DNA of 64,000 bases from Zygnema circumcarinatum SAG 698-1b (GCA_037447605.1 CM074821.1:248001-312000), one strand, 5' to 3'; counted from the stretch's first letter, positions 13,301 through 24,940 are shown. Numbers and translations: made by a program. The notes: a model not told the origin generated them from the letters alone.

Positions 13301-13800
13301 AACAAAAGCAGACTCTGCAGAGTTTTTCGTTCTTTTAGAAACTTTAAGGACCAATACTAGAATGTCTCCCAGGACTTCATTGAGTTACACAACAGACCTG
13401 CCGAGATCCAAAAAAATCGGTTCTCGTTACTCCATCCCCAGCTCCCGCCATGAAATATAACACACTTTGCGTCCTGCACGGGAGCAAACATCATACAACA
13501 GCAGTTAGTTCGAGGTTCTGAAGATGATTAAAGAGACGCAAAAGCGAACTCTGCACAGCGTAGACGACGACCAATGGTCAAAACTTACCAATATCGAAAG
13601 TGCTTCACTTGCAAGCCAGCAGCTCCTTACGTCCTCCTTCCAAGAGTCCAATTCAGGAAAGGCAGTTCCAGCAACGGCTGAACCAAGAGATTCGTTTCCA
13701 AGAACAAATCAGGCGCCCTTCATGCCCGATAGAAAAACATTTCTGCTACCTCAAAACACCTTCCAGAAAGTCCCGCGCTCTGGTCCAATAGCAGCGCTTC
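10365..13800 (-). CDS. Uncharacterised multi-exon protein-coding gene (roughly 12-15 exons; start and stop not resolved)
   Basis: Consecutive phase-compatible GT-AG junctions give ...SEALSIL|DAKCVIFHGGSWGWSNENRFFWISA, ...FDTVSCTKR|RRSPLLVAGD...EEASQNR|MREESSS...RPRKVQRVVQ and ...EYAYEDERIRS|RTHKPHDIVRRLVPKC...LWNLMR|ECRRVAGFW. I recognise no domain, and there are no RT, endonuclease or transposase motifs. Confidence 0.55.
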
Positions 13801-14239
13801 TCAGCAAGCGGCCCCCTCAAGGCTGGTCCAATTGCACACAAGTAGAAGGAGAGCACAAGGGAATGAGCCACACTCGGCAGCAGAAGCGCCGCCCGCTCCG
13901 TTTCTCTTGCCTGGCTTCACCTCTACAGAAAGCAGCACCAGCAGCAGAAGCAAGCAGTCGGAAAGCAGAGATGCCTGAATTTTCTTAGTAGCTTATCGCC
14001 CTCTCCTCTCCCTCCTCTCTCCCCCTCTCCTCTCCCTCGCCCTCCCTTCTCGCCCTCCCTCTCTCCCTCCCTCTCTCCCTCCCTCTCTCCCTCCCTCCAT
14101 CTGTTTGGCCTCCAAACATTTGGCCCTGAACAGGGCTCCGCCAAACAAAAGTTTCGGACCAAATTTTGGCCACAGAGGCGGCGGCGGACCAAACTCCCTC
14201 GAAAAAAATCGTTAGGGCCAGAAACGTGAATTAAATAAT

Positions 14240-14700
14240 TTCTGCCAACGTGGCTCTTCTCCATTGGAAGGCGTCGGACGGTAAGTCCGCGGACGGCACG
14301 CGGCGGCGCGTGGACACGTTCGTACGGATGTAGGTAACCGAAAGGTGACCGTACGATAGTCGTACGGTGACAGCTTCGAGGAAATGTAAAATTCCGTACA
14401 TTGAGAACCTAAGCCAATCAGAGGCTGCCATGTCATATAATCTAACACGTGCAGATGGTGACTGGCCACGAGTTTCCAATGGCGAGCTGCCGCAGGCTGG
14501 CCGGTCCAGCTCATTATTTTGCGGAGATCTCGGGCGGAGGGACGCACGCACTCGCACGTGCAACCCGGCGTGGGCGGGACACGTGGGCACGTGTCATTCG
14601 CTGGGGACCGACCCGGCTGCAAATCTAACGGTCTCCATGGTGCGATCTGAGAAAACATCGACGGCCTACAATCAGTGCACGTGTAAAGGACGGCAACGAT
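14240..14700. promoter_or_regulatory. Bidirectional promoter region between the unknown gene and CBP20, with a G-box/CCAAT/MSA-like cluster
   Basis: Five CACGTG (14446, 14555, 14580, 14588, 14678), agCCAATcaga (~14413) and TCTAACGGTC (~14622) lie between divergent genes. Confidence 0.5.
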
Positions 14701-15110
14701 CTCGTAGCGGACGGATCTTCCGCTCCGAGCGGATTCGGGCAGGCCGATATTTTTTTCACTCCAAAAAAAAATTCAAAATTTTTGACTGGTATTGTATTCT
14801 ACTGTAATTTGTTTTCGTTTTTTTGGAGAATAAAAATCGAAAAAAAAAAAGTTACCTGATTTTTCATACAAAAAAAAATTTGAATGTTGCAAGATTTGAT
14901 TTGACGGAATCTGGCCACCGACCAACCGACCGCCCTTATTTCAGGAGCCCATTTTCGAACCTCCTCCAAGCCTCTCCCAGCCTTTGCCCAGCCATATCCG
15001 GGCCTTGTCCGAGCCTCTCCCGAACAAAGCGCCGAAGCTCCCCCGGATCGCCTCGGCCCCCTGCACAGTGTGGGAGGAGGTGCCACGTGTCGCCCTCTCT
15101 GGCCGCCGCC

Positions 15111-15206
15111 ATGGCGCGCTTGTTCAAGGTGAGGGAGGAGCTGAGGCGGCCATGGCACCTTGGAACTCACAGGGCATGGCAGGGCATGGGCCTGGCATGG
15201 GCATGG

Positions 15207-15264
<58 letters not shown>

Positions 15265-18082
15265 ACATGGCAGGGGCAGGGGCATGGGCGTGGGCATGGC
15301 TTGGCATGGCCAATGTTAGGGCCTTACCTTCGTGGGAGAAGGATAGGGAGAAAGTCTTTCACAGCTGTTAGGGTTTGTTCGTGAAGGAGCAGCGGATTGT
15401 ATGTTTTAGGGTTTGCAACCTCGGTCGCATGTCTTAGAAGGTGGAAATCTGGCAGCTGGATGTTGCAATTATATGGCGTAGGGTTTGAATTCTTTTAATT
15501 TGTCGGAGTGAAGCATGTGGGTGATATAAGAGGCTCAGTTTCAATGCTGAGAGGGAGGGAGGGGGGGAGGGAGGCGTATGTTTTCATCCTCCGGGTCAAG
15601 AAGCAAATTAGGGTTTCCATATACATGACATTCGGATTTAGGGTTTGTCCAGGCCGACGAGCCGGTGTCTGCATACAGGGACCGCCGATTCCGCGGCACA
15701 CACGAGGAATATTTGCAGGCATTGCAGACCAGCACCACTGTTTACATCGGAAATCTGTCGTTCTACACTTCAGAAGAACAGATATATGAGGTTTTCTCGA
15801 AGACGGGAGAGATCAAGAAGATTATCATGGGGCTTGACAAGAACGGCATGACGCCCTGCGGATTTTGCTTCGTGCAGTTGAGTTTTTGGGGACGAGAAGG
15901 TTCGCATTTTTAGGGTTTACGAGAATTCAAGAGCTTCTTGAGTCTTGGGAGTTCGTGTAGTGCCTGCATTTGGTTCTCCTCATAGAATGAGAAAAAATGA
16001 CAATTAACATGATAGTTGATAAAATAGGTGATAAGATCAGTTGATAGTTGACAAAATTAAGGTTGTTGAAATTGATGAGACGGTTTGGAGGAGGGCGCGA
16101 CAGATACTATACGAGGGAAGATACGGAGGATTCTGTGAAGTTTATTAGCGGGAGTATCTTAGATGATCGACCAATCCGAGTCGACTTTGATTGGGGCTTC
16201 GAGGACGGGAGACAGTGGGGTCGAGGGCGGAGTGGGGGGCAGGTGGGCCCCATGTTCTATGCGCTGTTTGTTACCTGTTCCTTGTTTAACGGATTTGCAC
16301 GCTCTTTGTGAAGCTGCGGAGGCGCTGCTATGGATAGAATTGCTGAGAATAGTTATTTTGTTGATAATAGTCGTATTGTCGTTTTGACGACCGTGGAAGT
16401 TGCTGTGTGTATCGCAGGTCAGAGATGAATATCGGACAGATTATGATCCTGATATCCTTTCTAAGGTCTGTCAGATATGGGGAGTTCCTTCTTTGTGGAA
16501 TGCAGCTTGAGCGCGTCAAGAACCAAGTTCTACAACTTAATTTGAGTGTAGCTACACTTATATTATACATTCATATCCGCATTTCTAGATCCACACACAT
16601 CATCTGACGCAGTCATATTCTAACATTTCTTGATCAACTTTTTCCACTCTCTGTAGCCGAAAACATTCGTTTTACATTCTGAATCTCTTCTAGATTATTC
16701 ATGATGTGCATGTATGCAGCAGTAACCCTGTTCTCAACAGTGTTGGCACGCAGGCATGGTTAGGGAATTTCCAAAACTTGAAATGCTAATAGAAGCTTGA
16801 AACAGGGGGCACGATGAAGGATATCTGAGTGCAGAGTTGAATGGCCTTAACATTGTTTTGCAAGTCGAGGAGGCTACGGAAAATGTGTTCAAGAAGAGCT
16901 TGAACTTCGGCGATATGGAGAGTTGGGAAGTCCGGAAATGGTTGGTCCTCCACGAGGCTTGGCAGGCCGGCCTTACCCTGTCATGCAGCCATTGCCATGT
17001 AAACACACTCCTTCATGCTCTATATTAAACCTCAATTAGGAGGCACCCATACTTGTTGCAAATCCAGGAAGTTGCAGGTCTGATGCAGGTCTCGTTTTTA
17101 TGGAATAAATAGGTCCTCCTCTATACACAAATTCTGCTATAGGAGTCTTTCTTGTAATAGTCTGAGAAGCGGAATTTGTTTTGCGTGACCCCAGAGCGAT
17201 CTAGCTGAAGGAAGGAGGATTTGGAACTCACAGATTTTTAGTCACCTTTCTTTGCAGCGCTTGTACTGACACGTATTTCCTGGTAGAGATGGCAGACATA
17301 GCGCGGCAAGAACGGCCAGCAATACAGCGACCAAGAGGTGGGTCTATATTTCCATCGTATTTTACTCCCCTACAAATCACCCCAAAGGTGACTGCCATTT
17401 TTGGAAGAAGTTTCAGTCACAATAGGGGGGGGGGGGTCAGACTAAGAAAGTTTTCACACTATCACCCCCAAAATAAGTAGTAACAGGGAAATCAAGAGCA
17501 AATTCCTTCGAAAAAACTCCCAAATTGATGGGATTTGTTTAAAGGGATGGATTGTTCAAGTCCGAAACGCCCTAATATGCAAGAAACCTGGAACCTTCAT
17601 TTCGCAACATATCTGCTTCAGAAGGTACACGTATAAGATCCTCTGTTTCTATCTATGCCGGAAAGAACTCTGCATATGATGTTACTCTCCAAGGCAACGC
17701 AGAGGGAGGGCGTAAACGTGGACGGGAAGAAGCAGCTGCCCCTCCATCTGATGGCGTGAAACCACCTGCAGGAGCTGAAGCCCGTGCGGTTAGTTCCTCA
17801 ACTTCAACACTGAGCCCGGCAATACTGTATCCAGCAATACTGGATGTAGCATGGAGAAAGTTGCTATTTTTTGAAGTATGAAAAAGTTCAATTTCTCTCA
17901 GAACATTTCTTTGGCAAGCGCTGCAGATGAACTGTGTTTTTAGTGGAAGGCTTGCTTTTGGCAAGATTGGATGTTGTAGCTTAGGCTTGGTGATGGATAC
18001 ACTCTTGGAGGGCCTGCAGGAGCGCAATCCCCGATTCCGAGAAAGAGGGGATGACTCAGATGAGGAGAGAGAGAAGGCTTGA
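15111..18082 (+). CDS. CBP20: Nuclear cap-binding protein subunit 2 (CBP20). Exons 15111-15128, 15653-15876, 16104-16242, 16418-16451, 16864-~16940, ~17289-17337, ~17622-17789, 18020-18082
   Basis: MARLFK|..[66 protein letters not shown]|[47 protein letters not shown]|[11 protein letters not shown]|GRGGYGK...RKRGRE...|[20 protein letters not shown] is canonical plant CBP20 (RRM plus C-terminal NPRFRE motif). The boundaries of exons 5-7 are approximate. Confidence 0.97.
15173..15310 (+). repeat. (GGCATG)n hexamer array in CBP20 intron 1
   Basis: Directly visible; it produces the spurious MPMPMP/HGHGHG ORFs. Confidence 0.9.
15369..15646. promoter_or_regulatory. Five telo-boxes (TAGGGTTT) in CBP20 intron 1
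   Basis: Exact TAGGGTTT at 15369, 15407, 15479, 15609 and 15639. Confidence 0.7.
16452..16863 (+). other. U12-type (minor spliceosome) intron 4 of CBP20, AT-AA termini inferred
   Basis: The 5' site CCTG|ATATCCTTT is perfect U12 consensus. The branch site CCTTAAC is at 16845-16851. The conserved DYDPG-RGGYGK frame resumes at 16864 after ...TTTGCAA. Confidence 0.85.
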
Positions 18083-19189
18083 GAGATATACCTACGATGG
18101 ATGTCTGCACGGAGAACTTTTCTTGTGCAGGTAAAGCTGCCACTTTTGTGAGAGAAGGGACAGTCGTAGCTGGCGGTTCCTGCTTTGCTACCCTCCCTCC
18201 CACCAACCCCCCCATCCTTTCGGCTCGGTGAAACCTGATACCTGCATTCAGTCCATAGTCATAAACCACGAGCCACTGATGTCTTTTCACGTGCCGCAGC
18301 TGCTACGTTTTGGTCCTGCAGAATAGTGTTAAAGGTGCAGAGGTTGGGGGGACAACTAAGTACTCTTTCTGTTCTGACACGTGCTCCCAATCGTTTCTTC
18401 ACCGCGAACGAGCAGGACAGCCATAAAAATTGCCGGAAGCATGTTTCGTGATAGAGTGAGAAAGACGCCCTTCTTTGTTTTCCTTTTTTTGGTTTTGCTA
18501 TGGGTCCTCGTGTAGACAATAACAGTTCTATCCAGATTAGGACAATGAGAGTTCAAGGGTAGTACATTTGCATCAAACGAAAGGGGGACGGGGGGGGGGG
18601 GGGGGGNNNNNNNNNNGGGGGGGGGGGGGGGGGGGGGGGGGGGGGCTATGTAGGTTTAGACTGCCTCAATGTATTGTACTGTGGAAGGAAAAATGCTTTT
18701 GGGTCGACCTATGTCTCTGTACTGAATCTGAGTCCGAAGTCTGTGTAATGTAATGTCGTAATAAGTGCAAAAAACTTGATTTTTCAGCTGAGCGGAAACA
18801 AGGAGCGCCGTAGCTGAACAGTTGCGTGGGGCATTTCCATGCGAAGGACTCAGTTCCAAATTTTTCGTGTAGCTTTAGCCCGTACGAAACTTCAATTTAG
18901 GATTAGGATTTTGACAACCCTAATTCCTTCAACCCCAAACCCTGACTACCCTGAACAACCCCAATGCTTCGACTTCGTTAATTCTGAAACCATCAAGGCA
19001 ACCAATTGTGACCGTTTCCTCGTGGTTCCCAAACTTGTTTGGGTCCATGTCGCGATACCAATGCCAAATCCAAATCTGAAAACCTCAGATTCCTCCCAGA
19101 TTCCTTTTCCTGAAACAAGTACAGTACAGTGCTTCTATGCTTTGCACGTAATGAGGTCGTAGGATTGTATGTACTGATTTCGAAACTTA

Positions 19190-19690
19190 TCACTTGGGAC
19201 ATGTGAAAGATTGCATGCCCTTGAAATTGGGAGGCTTGTTCGCCATCCTGAGATCAATGCCACTTCCATTCTCATTCTTCGGGAATTCCAAATCTCAGAC
19301 CGTACACTTTGTCCCTAGGCCACTTGTTGGAAAGACGCGCAGTTGCCGACTCGCCCCCAAACTCCGCCTCTTAGGGCATACGTGGCGTGATCGACGGCCA
19401 GAATTCGGGTTCGAATGTGCGGCCAGAATTCGGCCAGGATTGTATGCACTTTGAAACCAATTTCTTGGGGACATGTGAAAGATCGGATTGGGAAAAAGGA
19501 AGTGGCATTGATCCCACGATGGCGAGGCCATCACATGTGCATGTATGGACATTGGAAGGTTTGTTCGGTAATTCCAAAGCTCGAACCATACATATTGTCC
19601 CTAGGCCACTTGTTGGAAACAACATGAGGGGGTGGCAAACCCTCTGCGGGCACACGTGGCGTAATCGGACGGCCAGGATTACAGGACGAA
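19190..19690. repeat. Degenerate ~280-bp tandem duplication containing two oppositely oriented pieces of the dispersed repeat (19241-19267 +, 19498-19551 -)
   Basis: Collinear anchors: gacatgtgaaagat (~19198/19470), ttgtccctaggccacttgttggaaa (19309/19596), cgtggcgt.atcg.acggccag (19381/19656). Confidence 0.75.
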
Positions 19691-20111
19691 CGACACTAAA
19701 CACGTGTCGACCTCAGACAGCATCCGATGAAACGACCAGAACGTCAACCTTTGAAAATAGCCAGGAGGACTCGACAAAAGGAAACAGTCACTCTTTGTCG
19801 CGTAGTTTCAGAAACGACACAGCAAAATACGGCTCAGAAGCAGCACTGACACGTGGCAGGTGACCAGCCACGCCATCATTTGGCTTTTGACCTGTTTGTG
19901 CCCTATGGACGAATCAGAATCATTGTTTTTCCGTAGAAACCCACAATGAAATGAGTACCAAATTAGGGGCAACCTTGGATACTACACCTCCATACCAAGA
20001 ACTAGTTTCAATTATCCATCCGCTAGTGCAATGGCAGTCTGTCAGAGTCGGCTCCCGGCGGCGCCTTTCTGTCCCGCCCTCCCTCTCCTCATGTTGGGGC
20101 GGGCCCTCGGC

Positions 20112-23089
20112 ATGGCCAGAAGGACACGTGGCGGCAGATTCGTCCTCCACGTGGCCCTTCTGCTGCTCTGCTGTCACCGAGAGACTTGCCATGGCCTCCT
20201 ACAAGAGACCGATCGCCATGGAGGCGCGGCAGGTGAGATCGAGGGCCAATCCTTGCAAGAGGCCTCCCCTTCCCCCTCAATCTCCACCTGTCCTTCTCCC
20301 TCCCCCTCCCCTCCCCTCCCCTCCCCTCCCCTCCCCTCCCCTCCCCTCCCCTCCCCTCCCCTCCCCTCCCCTCCCCTCCCCTCCCCTCCCCTCCCCCTCC
20401 CCATCCCCCTCCCCTCCCTCCTCCCCCTCCCCTCCCCTCCCCTCCCCTCCCCCTCCCCTCCCCTCCCCCTCCCCTCCCCTCCCCTCCCCTCCCCTCCCCC
20501 TCCCCTCCCCTCCCCTCCCCTCCCCTCCCCTCCCCCTCCCCTCCCCTCCCCTCCCCTCCCCTCCCCCTCCCCTCCCCTCCCCTCCCCTCCCCTCCCCTCC
20601 CCTCCCCTCCCCTCCCCTCCCCTCCCTCCTCCCCCTCCCCCTCCCCTCCCCTCCCCCTCCCCTCCCCTCCCCCTCCCCTCCCCTCCCCCTCCCCTCCCCC
20701 TCCTCCTCCCCCTCCCCTCCCCTCCCCTCCCCTCCCCCTCCCCCCTCCCCATCCCCCTCCCCTCCCCCCTCCCCCTCCCCATCCCCCACCCCCTCCCCCT
20801 CCCCCTCCCCATGCCCTCCCCATCCGGTCGCCTCTGCTTGCCCTATTTCCATTCCCGGCACCCACCTCTCCCTCCCTTCCCTGTCTACTCTCTCCTCTAC
20901 TGTCTTACATTTTTATAAGCCAGATCTAAACATCATCAACTTAAATCACCTTATGTGACAAACTATTTACCCATTTTTTTTGGCAATGCAGAGGTGGACA
21001 TGGCCGAAATCGCTCGATTGGGAATCATGGCTCAAGAGGAACCGGTGGTTTGGAAGGCAATTGAGTACCGCATGCATCTCCTTCTCCTCATTTACAAGGA
21101 AATGGGGAGCAGCTTAACCCTCGCTAGAGAGGCGCCTTCAGCATGTCTATACAACGGCTCACTTCGAATGACTGCCCTGAAAGTACAAAGTGATGGAAGT
21201 GTGGTTTGTGGCCTTCCCAAGGGAGAAGTTCGCCTGCAACTTGCAGGGACCCCCGTGACAGTAGAGGTGAGAGGAGCTTTGGTTCTCTCTCTCGCTCTCT
21301 CTTCTTTCCGTCTCTCTTCCTTATATGTTCGGAAAGTTTGTGAGTTGTCGATTATGAAAGAATACTGCAAAATGTCAACTTAAATCCTTTGACGCTGGAA
21401 AGACGACGGGATGAGGACAACGGAGAGGGAGAGGGAGAAGAGAAGAGTGGAAAAGGCTCAGAAATAGATGGAAATCTACTGATTTTAAAATGCTCCAGCA
21501 GCAATACCTCAATGCAGTCAAGCCTCTGTCTTGCTGAAGGCTACCTACGGTTTGTGCATACCAATAATTTAAAAAAAAAATAGAAAGATGTAACAAACCG
21601 CGAGGCTCAAAGTACAGGTGCTGAGAGGTCAGGTTTTTTGAAACTTCCATCGTCAGATTCTCGTCATATTAAAAGGCCGAAGAATCCTGACATTCTCTGC
21701 AGGTTCAAAGCTTGGATTGCCAACTGATTCTTAGATTAATAAATGAAATCACAACAATCTGAATCTTGACCTTCACCTGGGCAGATTAATGGGACTTCTC
21801 TTCCAACTATCGCCACCTATCCCGGCATACAGAATTGGATACCTCTCGCTTACTCTGCCGTGAGTATTCAAAACAGTCTCCTTCTCTTCGCCAAGGGAAT
21901 CATTCCTGAGCATCCGTCGAATGACTCGATAGCGGACAGCGCCTGTGTGTACGGCGGAAGGCTGTCCACAAAAGTTACCAAAATGTGTGTAGAGAACATC
22001 CTTTGTGAGCTGCCCCCTGAAGGGGAAAGAGAGCAGTTTCGGGGTCAGCCTGTGGCATTGAACTTTTTAGGAAGGCAATATCCAACGGCTGTGCTGTACG
22101 ATCCAGATCTGACTTCCACCGCCCTATCAGAGGAGAGTTTAGCGGAACTCCACAAAAGGGGAGTGCGAGGTGCGAGTCACAGCACAAAGTCGGTTTACCG
22201 CCATAAGGTGTGCGCCTGCGCCATGTTGTGGAACAGGGCGCGTCTACTTGCGGAGTGGGTGATCTACCACTCGTATTTGGGCGTGGGAAGATTTTACATT
22301 TACGACAACAATAGTGACGACAACTTGGAGGAGGTGACAGACTCCCTCAGGCCGTACAACGTGACGAGACACCCATGGCCATGGCTGAAAACGCACCAAG
22401 CCGGCTTCTCCCATTGCGCAGTTCGAGCACAGGAGGAGTGCGAGTGGATGCTCTTCATCGACGTGGATGAGTTTCTCTTTCCGAAACGAATATTGGCAAG
22501 GCTGCAAAAAAGGAGAGAATCCGAACCCGAGAACAGGGCCGAAACGATGGGCTCTCTTGTGGAGAGCGTTATTCAGGAATGGCAGGATCGTATTGGGAAT
22601 CGGATATTGGGTTGGCTTACAGTCAAGTCCCATACATTTGGACCATCGAGGTTGGCGTTTCTCCCTCCTTCAGGGCAGACAGTAAATTATATATGTAGGG
22701 AGAGGAGGCGAACAAGCAAGAAATCTCTGGTTTTGTTGAAAGCCATGGCGTTGCCTTACTGTAGTAGCATCCATTTGTTTGACCTAAACGAGGGATATGA
22801 AGGGCACCTCATTAAACGTGGAACCATTATCAATCATTATAAGTTCCAAGTGTGGGAGATTCACAAGCTCAAGTACTACCGCCGTGCAGGGAGCTTCACC
22901 CCTGATTGGAGGTCAAAGGGGTGCATAGCTCCGTCGGTTTTGTGTGAGGAAGGGATGGCATGGGAACCAAAAGAGCCTCCGGGCTGGAGGAACAGCCACT
23001 GTGAATTTAAGGACAAGGCTATGCGGCAATTCGTTGAAAAGACGTTTCAAAAAAATGGGACATTTCCTTGGGAAGGAGTTGGTAAGTAG
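20112..23089 (+). CDS. Glycosyltransferase family 92 (DUF23) protein, paralog 1. Exons 20112-20232, 20992-21266, 21785-23089
   Basis: Signal/anchor exon MARRTRGGRFVLHVALLLLCC; catalytic exon HKVCACAMLWNRARLLAEWVIYHSYLGVGRFYIYDNNSDD...WPWLKTHQAGFSHC...WMLFIDVDEFL (DxD), matching plant At1g27200-like GT92. Splice phases are consistent and identical to paralog 2. Confidence 0.92.
20297..20815 (+). repeat. (CTCCC)n-type C-rich array in GT92 paralog 1 intron 1 (G-rich, G4-prone on the minus strand)
   Basis: Directly visible; it produces the spurious PLPSP/GEGRG ORFs. Confidence 0.95.
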
Positions 23090-24876
23090 GGTATATAAAC
23101 CAATTCTGGAGCAAGCACTGCACAGAGTTACGAATCCCTCCTTCATTCACCCTAACTTTTTCTTTTTTTGAAATTAGTGTTTAAAAATTGTTTCACGCGC
23201 TGTAAACGCTTTCATGCGGTGCCTTTTACTTACTTTTCTCGTCAGGGGACGCCAGTAGCCGGAGGGTCTGTTTCCATCTCCGAGTGTCGTTTCCAATTTT
23301 AAAGTTGCGGACCAGTCCCAGAGTTAGGGAGCTATGCCCAAACGCTCAGATAAGTCCGACAAGTCTCAATATCTTTTTTGTGGGTTGTCTAAATGTTTGA
23401 GTATTGCTCTTAGAAAAGTTGCGGGCGGTGTGAGGAGTGGGAGAGGAAGAGGGAGAGGGAGAGGGAGAGGAGGTTCGTAGACCCGAAATTCGAGAGTTTT
23501 GTGGGGGTGGGTTTAGGAAGTCGAGAAATAAGGAGCAGGATGGACACTTACGGAATTGGACGAACCGTGGCGGAATGCAATGAGCAATTGTCGATAGCAA
23601 GATGACGTGTTGGAAGGCATGGGACAGAGTCAGAGTTGACACGCAGCGAAAGATTAAAGGAAAGTCAGGTCACAAGGTGGTCTGATCAGGTTTGTTAAAC
23701 TGCATCGGGTATTTGCAGCGAATCACGCGCTGCTCACAGTGGCTCTGTGGTACACATCACACGAACAGAAAAGAAATGACAAAATCTAGCAATAATGACA
23801 ACGAATGGATAAAAACGACAGTGAGAGGACTGATTTCGTAGTCATGTAAGGAGCACCCTGCGTGAGATTACAAACGTCTCAGCCGAACGATCGCATACAT
23901 GCACATGCAGGCCTTGCGATCTGTCTCGCTGTCCCTCTCATCGTCAAGAACCCAAATCTGCAACACTGATCGATCATCGCCGGCGCAAACCAAGTGCTTT
24001 TTTCAAGCTCTTCACGGCGTCACTCTGTCCCTGCAGCGCGCTAAAACTTTCGGCACAAATTCTCCGGCGACGCCGAATCCCGGATCTCGCGAGCTCGAGA
24101 TCGGCGCCGTCTCCACCGTCGGATCACAATCGCATCCGACGCCATTTTTTGGTCGATGCGGCGCAGGACCCGGTTCCGTACAAGACAAATGTTGACCAGC
24201 TACAGTACAGTTCAGGGAGTCCTCGTCATATTTTCGCAATGGTTTCGGCAAATACCGGGCGAAAATATTGTTTTTGGCAAAGTAGAAGGTAGGCAAGCGG
24301 AATTATGTTAGAGTTCATGTATGTCCGTACGTATCGTATCGTGTCGTTTTTGTCATATCTTACCGCATCGTACCGTATTGGCTACTACGGCTAGTACCGT
24401 ATCGGTACGTATCGATTCGTTTCGTATCGTATCGAAGCCAAGACGAAGGTGGGTATCGATTTCAAAATGGAGTGAAAAAAGCATTTTCCGTTTTTAACGC
24501 CTTTTTAAAATCTGCCCGGCCGGGAAGGGGTGTTTTGATCCAAAAAAGGGGTGGAAATAACACTACCCTATTTTTGTCGTTTTTTCGATTTCGACGCAAA
24601 CTATTGGGCTCCACCGACCATACTTTGTGGACGCCTACCGTACAACCCGCCCGAACAGTACGAACGGTACGATTCGTACGGGCCCCACGGCCGTTGCCGC
24701 CGCTCTCGTTCCATGCCTTCAAGTTGGCATTGGGTACCGTAGAGCCGTCCAACGGGGTGTCGCTGCTTCGCAGTTACTGTTCCTGTTGCACGGATTCATG
24801 CACATTTGGCCCCGCCTTTTGTTCGTTTCCATGTCCAACCGCAAAATCCGATCAAGCCGAGAGGCCCCCTGTGCGA

Positions 24877-24940
24877 CCAGTTCCTCGTGGTTCCGCATGA
24901 TGATTTTGTCCATGTACATTTGATGGCATCGCCATGCCAC
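24877..24940 (+). repeat. Dispersed ~95-bp repeat family, copy F
   Basis: ccagttcctcgtggttccgcatgatgattttgtccatgtacatttGATGGCatcGCCATg, followed by (GGCAT)n. Confidence 0.85.

Noticed and set aside
9683-13988. Initial impression of a LINE/L1 element
   Set aside because: There are no endonuclease or RT (YADD) motifs; the fragments instead join as GT-AG exons of a host gene.
18584-18645. Poly-G run
   Set aside because: It flanks a 10-N gap, so it is probably an assembly break at a homopolymer and its length is unreliable.
19951-20958. 200-335 aa Pro-rich and Gly-rich ORFs (extensin-like or glycine-rich-like)
   Set aside because: They arise in all frames of the (CTCCC)n array within GT92 intron 1.
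24065-24105. Small hairpins GATCTCG-N6-CGAGATC and CGGCG-A-CGCCG
   Set aside because: The stems are short and lie in CpG-rich DNA with no recurrence; this is compatible with chance.
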